Assembly: GCA_035631795.1 (NCBI GenBank)
Contig: DASQIB010000027.1
Coordinates: 1,910 to 65,909, forward strand
DNA from: Gemmatimonadales bacterium
Lineage (GTDB): Bacteria; Gemmatimonadota; Gemmatimonadetes; Gemmatimonadales; GWC2-71-9
DNA length: 64,000 nucleotides
Direction of reading: 5' to 3'
Below, piece after piece: positions 55,677 through 64,000 of the stretch (its first letter is position 1; the number at the start of each line of letters is the position of its first letter). The notes below the pieces were generated by a model, which saw only the letters and a program-made list of their open reading frames with translations, did not search any database and was not told the DNA's origin. A program made the translations under genes and the position numbers.

Positions 55677-55763
55677 CGGATAGGGTGGGATTCGAACCCA
55701 CGAAACGGTTACCCGTTTACACGCTCTCCAGGCGTGTGCCTTCAGCCGCTCGGCCACCTATCC
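55677..55763 (-). tRNA. tRNA-Ser (anticodon GGA)
   Basis: Minus strand: GGATAGG acceptor, anticodon stem CACGC/GCGTG with loop CU-GGA-GA, long variable arm, GTGGGTTCGAATCCCAC T-arm. Confidence 0.88.
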
Positions 55764-55830
55764 CGGCGTACGAAAATAACACCGCCCAGGTCCTGCACGA
55801 ACCAACACTCGGAGCGAGATCGCGATCCGC

Positions 55831-56436
55831 CTAATGGCCGCCGAAGCGCATACCCAACTGAAGCGGCATGAAGGTCACCTCCGGCAGCCCGAAGGCCGCA
55901 GCCACGTGTACGTAGCGCGCCTCGAGGAAGATCCCCATGTTCGAGACGTCCCAGGTAATCCCGCCGCCCACGTTCCAGGCAAACTTTGTCTCGGACGTGT
56001 CCGACGTGGCGCCGCCCGATGTCACGGAGAGCCGAACATGATAGGGGCCGCCGCCGCCGAAGATATACACCCGCCGGAAACCCGTCCCAAACTCGTACCC
56101 GATGTCGAGCGTGCCACCGAGATTGTGGAATTTTGCGTCGGTGGGCCGCCCGAGACTATTGGTGAGGTCCCCCTGCAGTTGCTGATTGGCGCCGTTTTCA
56201 CTGTAGCTCCCCACGACTCTGACGAAGACCGGGGTCTTGGGCATCTTCAACCCAACGAGCATCGATCCCACCCACCCCGTATCGAAGCCTTCGCCGCTCT
56301 CATCCGAATGATAGGCGCCGTTCGCGACGGCGAGGCCGATGCCGAGACCGAGCATCGGCCGCACGGTCTGCGCCGCGCCGACCGCCGGCGCGACGAAGCC
56401 GAGCACCCCACCCCATGCGACCCGCGTACTCCTCAT
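55831..56436 (-). CDS. small outer-membrane beta-barrel protein
   Basis: Trimmed to the ATG at 56436 with a GGAGGTGG Shine-Dalgarno, giving 201 aa. Signal peptide, alternating beta-strand pattern, and Gly/aromatic-rich C-terminus. Confidence 0.65.
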   Translation of the reverse strand: MRSTRVAWGGVLGFVAPAVGAAQTVRPMLGLGIGLAVANGAYHSDESGEGFDTGWVGSMLVGLKMPKTPVFVRVVGSYSENGANQQLQGDLTNSLGRPTDAKFHNLGGTLDIGYEFGTGFRRVYIFGGGGPYHVRLSVTSGGATSDTSETKFAWNVGGGITWDVSNMGIFLEARYVHVAAAFGLPEVTFMPLQLGMRFGGH

Positions 56437-56651
56437 ATGGCCACCTCCTGCATAGGACGGGATGGGCTGGCAGCCGCGGCGCGCTCCCTGCCCCACTCGG
56501 GCACGACCATATCGCGTCCGAGCCCGGGCGGCTAGGGCGTTTTTGCGACATCATAGGGCAGGTTTGAGGCACCCGGGCGGACCCCGGCTGAACCCTCCGG
56601 CGCCCGGCACGCGTATCACCCGGAGCACCCCAACTCACGGAGTCACCTCAG

Positions 56652-56897
56652 ATGAACAAGCTGCCGACGAAACGCGAACCCGGGGATCCTGAAGTCAACA
56701 AGATCCCGACCTGGCGGGAGCTGGCCGATCGGTTCCGCGACCTCATGAAGGACTTCCTCAAGGAAGGCAAGGAGCTCGAGCGCGACATCGAGCCCAAGGT
56801 CCTCCCGGCCCTCAAGCGGCTGAAGCTCGAGATCGAAAAGCTCATCGGGAAGCTCGAAGAGCGCGCCGGAGGAGGGGCCGGCAAGAAGCAGAGCTAG
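56652..56897 (+). CDS. small charged helical protein, unknown function
   Basis: 81 aa, K/E-rich, with strong GC3 codon bias in this frame. Confidence 0.5.
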   Translation: MNKLPTKREPGDPEVNKIPTWRELADRFRDLMKDFLKEGKELERDIEPKVLPALKRLKLEIEKLIGKLEERAGGGAGKKQS

Positions 56898-56947
56898 CCA
56901 CAGAGGCGGGGCTTCCTCGCGGGGCCCATGGCCGCAACATTCCCCGC

Positions 56948-57730
56948 ATGGCCCTGACCTACTCTCAGTATTTGAAACTCGACGAGCTCCTGGCGCTGCA
57001 GCAGCCACGCTCCAGCGGGCCCGAGCACGACGAGATGCTGTTCATCGTCATCCATCAGGTGTACGAGCTGTGGTTCAAGGAAATGCTGCACGAGCTCGGC
57101 TACCTCGACAGGGTGCTGCGCGACAACGCCACGCCCCGCGCCCTGCACACGCTGAAGCGGATCCTCACCGTGCTCAAGGTGATGGTAGCGCAGATCGACG
57201 TGCTCGAGACGATGACGCCGCTCGAGTTCCTGTCGTTCCGTGACCGGCTCGAGTCCGGCAGTGGGTTCCAGTCATTCCAGTTTCGTGAGCTCGAGTTTGT
57301 GCTCGGCGCGAAGAACGCGGCGGCCGTGGCGCGCTACCCCGAAGGGAGCGAGGCCCGTCGGCGCCTCGACGCGCGGTATCGCGAGTCCACGCTCTGGGAC
57401 GCCTTTCTCGCCTACCTCGTGCGGAACCAGTACGCCGTGCCGCCATCGCTGCTCAGCCGAGACGTGACACGACCGCCGGAGCCTTCGCGCGAGATCCAGC
57501 AGGTCTTGATCACGATCTATCGAACCAACCCCGCCGTCGCTTCGGTGTGCGAGCGCCTGGTGGACTTGGACGAAGGCATCATGGAATGGCGCTATCGTCA
57601 CGTGAAGATGGTGCAGCGCACCATCGGCACGAAGCGGGGCACGGGTGGATCGGCCGGGGCCGAATACCTCGAGACGACGCTGAACAAGCCCGCCTTCCCC
57701 GATCTCTGGACGATCCGGACGGAGCTGTGA
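56948..57730 (+). CDS. kynA: tryptophan 2,3-dioxygenase
   Basis: 260 aa; TYSQYLKLDELLALQQPRS...HDEMLFIVIHQVYELWFKEMLHEL is typical of bacterial TDO. Confidence 0.9.
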   Translation: MALTYSQYLKLDELLALQQPRSSGPEHDEMLFIVIHQVYELWFKEMLHELGYLDRVLRDNATPRALHTLKRILTVLKVMVAQIDVLETMTPLEFLSFRDRLESGSGFQSFQFRELEFVLGAKNAAAVARYPEGSEARRRLDARYRESTLWDAFLAYLVRNQYAVPPSLLSRDVTRPPEPSREIQQVLITIYRTNPAVASVCERLVDLDEGIMEWRYRHVKMVQRTIGTKRGTGGSAGAEYLETTLNKPAFPDLWTIRTEL

Positions 57731-57734
57731 GGGC

Positions 57735-62054
<4,320 letters not shown>

Positions 62055-62111
62055 GGCCGCCGACCCGGGCAACGTCCGTGCCCAGGAAAGGTGCCTTTTT
62101 GGCAGAAGTCC

Positions 62112-62522
62112 TTACTTCACAACGATTTTCTTCGTGACGCGCCTGCCGTCGATAACGAGTTGGTAGATGTAGACGCCGGACGCCGCCGGCTTGCCGGCCA
62201 CATAGCCGTCCCAATACGCGTTATAGCGGCAACCGAGGGTCGTGGGGCAGGTCAAGGCGAGGCTGTCGAGCGGCTTGTCGGTGCCCCGCAGGATCGGGAT
62301 GGCGACGAGCTGAGCGAGGACGTTGTAAATCCGCAAGGACACGACGGGGCGGTGACCCTTGAGGAACAACTCCCCGCTGACCTTGAAGGGAATCGTCGTC
62401 GCTGGATTGAACCGATTCTGCTGGGACTCGAAGGTTGGGGTCTGGGCGACGAGCGACCGCGACCCCCCCTGCCCTCCCACCATCAAGAGCCCGAGACCCA
62501 GTATGGCCCAGGCGTGCCGCAT
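62112..62522 (-). CDS. secreted protein consisting of signal peptide plus T9SS-type C-terminal (FlgD-Ig-like) domain
   Basis: 136 aa. The pattern QNRFNPATTIPFKV...VSLRIYNVLAQLVA...YWDG...ASGVYIYQLVIDG...KKIVVK resembles Por/T9SS type A sorting domains. AGGAG Shine-Dalgarno. Visibly lower GC than its neighbours. Confidence 0.6.
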   Translation of the reverse strand: MRHAWAILGLGLLMVGGQGGSRSLVAQTPTFESQQNRFNPATTIPFKVSGELFLKGHRPVVSLRIYNVLAQLVAIPILRGTDKPLDSLALTCPTTLGCRYNAYWDGYVAGKPAASGVYIYQLVIDGRRVTKKIVVK

Positions 62523-62613
62523 CGTCAGTCACTCCTATGCGAACAAAAAGAGCTGATGCCGGGCAATCTCCTTGTTGCTGATGATACCGTGACGTCAGGG
62601 CGCTGATCCAATA

Positions 62614-64000
62614 CTACGATCCGCCTTTCCCGGCTGTCAACCTCGCCAGCACGCGCGCATCGCCGCGTCGGCGCGTCACCCCACGCCGATCCGCCCATTC
62701 GAGCAGCGGGATCAAGTACTTGCGCGTGAGCCCGAAGCGATCCCGCAGTTCCGCGGGGGTGGCCGAGCCCAGCTCGCCGAGCGCGCCCTCGAGCGCGGCC
62801 CGGAACTCCGCGAGGACCCCTCGCGCCGCGTACCGTTCGGCGTCGATCGGCTCCGCGGCGCCCTCGCGCGCGAGATGCGAGAGCAAGGCGCGAACCGGGG
62901 AGCCGGGGAATTCCCGTTCGAGCTCGCCGACGGTCGGTATCTGCCAGCGCGCCTGGGCGAGCCGCTCGGCGAGCTTTTGACGCGCATCGGCCGCACGAGA
63001 GTCGAGAGCGGGGCGCCAACCAGGAAGGCGCGCGACGCTCGCGGCGATCTCGAACGGACCTCCCGCCCGCGCGCCAAAGTCCAGGACGGCATCGACGACG
63101 GTGGGCGGCGCCGGCGCCCCCACCGCTGCCCGGAGGGCTTGCAGCGACATCCCTGGATCGAGCGGATGCTCCTCGTGGTGACGCCGGAGCACGTCCACCA
63201 ACCGCGTCGCTTCCGTCGTCACCGCGTGCCGCTGGACGACGGTTCCTCCTAACGATAGGAGGGCCTGCCCCGCCTTCGCGATGACCGCCGTCACACGCCG
63301 TGGCGGCACGCCGAGGCGCACGGGCAAGGTATCGATGGAGATTCCCTCGAGGCCACGCTCTCCCACCAGCGCCGACAAGCGCGCCACGGCTGTCTGGCCC
63401 GCATCGATTCCACGGCGCCGTAAGCGGGACCGCGCCGGTGGAAACGGATCGAGTACCGTGCCGCCGCCGATGGTCGTGACGGGAGAGAAAGAGCGTACCA
63501 CGAACCGGTCCCCAGCCCGCGCCACCAGCGGGCTCTCGAGGATCAGGCGCACGAGCCCCCGCTCCCCCGGGACCATCGCGGGGGTCTGCGCCACGCGCGC
63601 CAGGACTTCGGCGGTTCCGAGGTGCACCCGTATCCGGGTGCGAGACGCGATCGGCCGGCGGGCGGAGGGCAGAAGCTCGACCGCTGTATCGAGCACGGTC
63701 GCCGCTTCCCATCCCGGCCCAGCCACCGCCACGTGACCGCGGGCCAGCTCGCTCTTGTCCACGCCGACGAGCGCGAGCGCGGTGCGCCGGCCTGGTACGG
63801 CGCGCTCGGCGGCCTCGCCGTGCACTTCGATCGAGCGCACGCGCGCCTCGCGTGAAAGCGGCAGGAGGCGCACGGCGTCCCCGACGGCGACGGTGCCGCT
63901 CCAGGTCGTCCCGGTTACGACGGTGCCCGCCCCCGCCACCGCGAAGACGCGATCGATCGGCAGTCGGAACAGGTCGTCGGCCGGGCGCTCGGCGAGGTCG
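62614..64000 (-). CDS. selB: selenocysteine-specific elongation factor, N-terminal GTPase part outside window
   Basis: The frame stays open to the window end (...IDRVFAVAGAGTVVTGTTWSG...). EF-Tu-like domains II/III are followed by a long C-terminal winged-helix region typical of SelB. Confidence 0.8.
   Translation of the reverse strand, partial: DLAERPADDLFRLPIDRVFAVAGAGTVVTGTTWSGTVAVGDAVRLLPLSREARVRSIEVHGEAAERAVPGRRTALALVGVDKSELARGHVAVAGPGWEAATVLDTAVELLPSARRPIASRTRIRVHLGTAEVLARVAQTPAMVPGERGLVRLILESPLVARAGDRFVVRSFSPVTTIGGGTVLDPFPPARSRLRRRGIDAGQTAVARLSALVGERGLEGISIDTLPVRLGVPPRRVTAVIAKAGQALLSLGGTVVQRHAVTTEATRLVDVLRRHHEEHPLDPGMSLQALRAAVGAPAPPTVVDAVLDFGARAGGPFEIAASVARLPGWRPALDSRAADARQKLAERLAQARWQIPTVGELEREFPGSPVRALLSHLAREGAAEPIDAERYAARGVLAEFRAALEGALGELGSATPAELRDRFGLTRKYLIPLLEWADRRGVTRRRGDARVLARLTAGKGGS

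Noticed and set aside
56437-56651. 215-nt intergenic region upstream of the small helical protein and kynA, checked for riboswitch, ncRNA or promoter motifs
   Set aside because: No convincing -35/-10 pair, sigma-54 core, conserved riboswitch motif or strong hairpin could be identified by eye.
62073-62111. TGCC-AAAAA-GGCA hairpin after the T9SS-CTD gene as a terminator
   Set aside because: The stem is only 4-5 bp with no U-tract, which is too weak to call.

Overview
Visibly high-GC bacterial chromosomal window (GC not computed) with about 62 supportable CDS, two tandem tRNA-Ser genes, and no rRNA, CRISPR array, transposase, integrase or phage genes. Content is mostly housekeeping: gatCAB, pcrA/uvrD, serS, groES-groEL behind a perfect CIRCE operator, coaX, birA, uppP, bshA, miaA, mutL, a MoxR-DUF58-BatA-BatB/C-BatD/E aerotolerance-type operon, rluB, scpAB, rpsT, pyrR-pyrB-pyrC, kynA-kynU, tadA, clpB and a partial selB. 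Signalling genes are interspersed: a histidine kinase, a Roadblock/LC7 protein plus receiver, two paralogous Ser/Thr kinases, an HD-GYP protein and two HEAT-repeat proteins. BshA, the Bat operon, a T9SS-type C-terminal domain and the sigma-54-type pilin promoter suggest an FCB-group or Gemmatimonadota-like organism, but that is inference only. Genes 14227-44671 form a 30-kb run of 29 minus-strand genes, many joined by 4-nt GTGA or ATGA stop/start overlaps. The most unusual feature is the single exception in that run. The 516-nt birA-coaX spacer is filled by an opposite-strand four-helix-bundle (23S rRNA IVS / Avd family) gene, flanked by inverted arrays of tandem decamers that can form a ~50-bp stem. 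Tandem heptamers and octamers arranged as inverted arms recur in the miaA 3' end, between the tRNA-Ser genes and in the groEL 3' UTR. Other leads are a G5-tract (G-quadruplex / repeated Shine-Dalgarno) at the pyrB-pyrC junction, an N-terminal domain shared by the HD-GYP protein and both HEAT-repeat proteins, a globin translationally coupled to a Ser/Thr kinase, and a shared GGGCACG-N4-TTGC motif upstream of the pilin gene and clpB. Many ORF-track starts were trimmed where they ran into the upstream gene. All coordinates come from reading the sequence by eye, so non-CDS features may be off by 1-2 nt.
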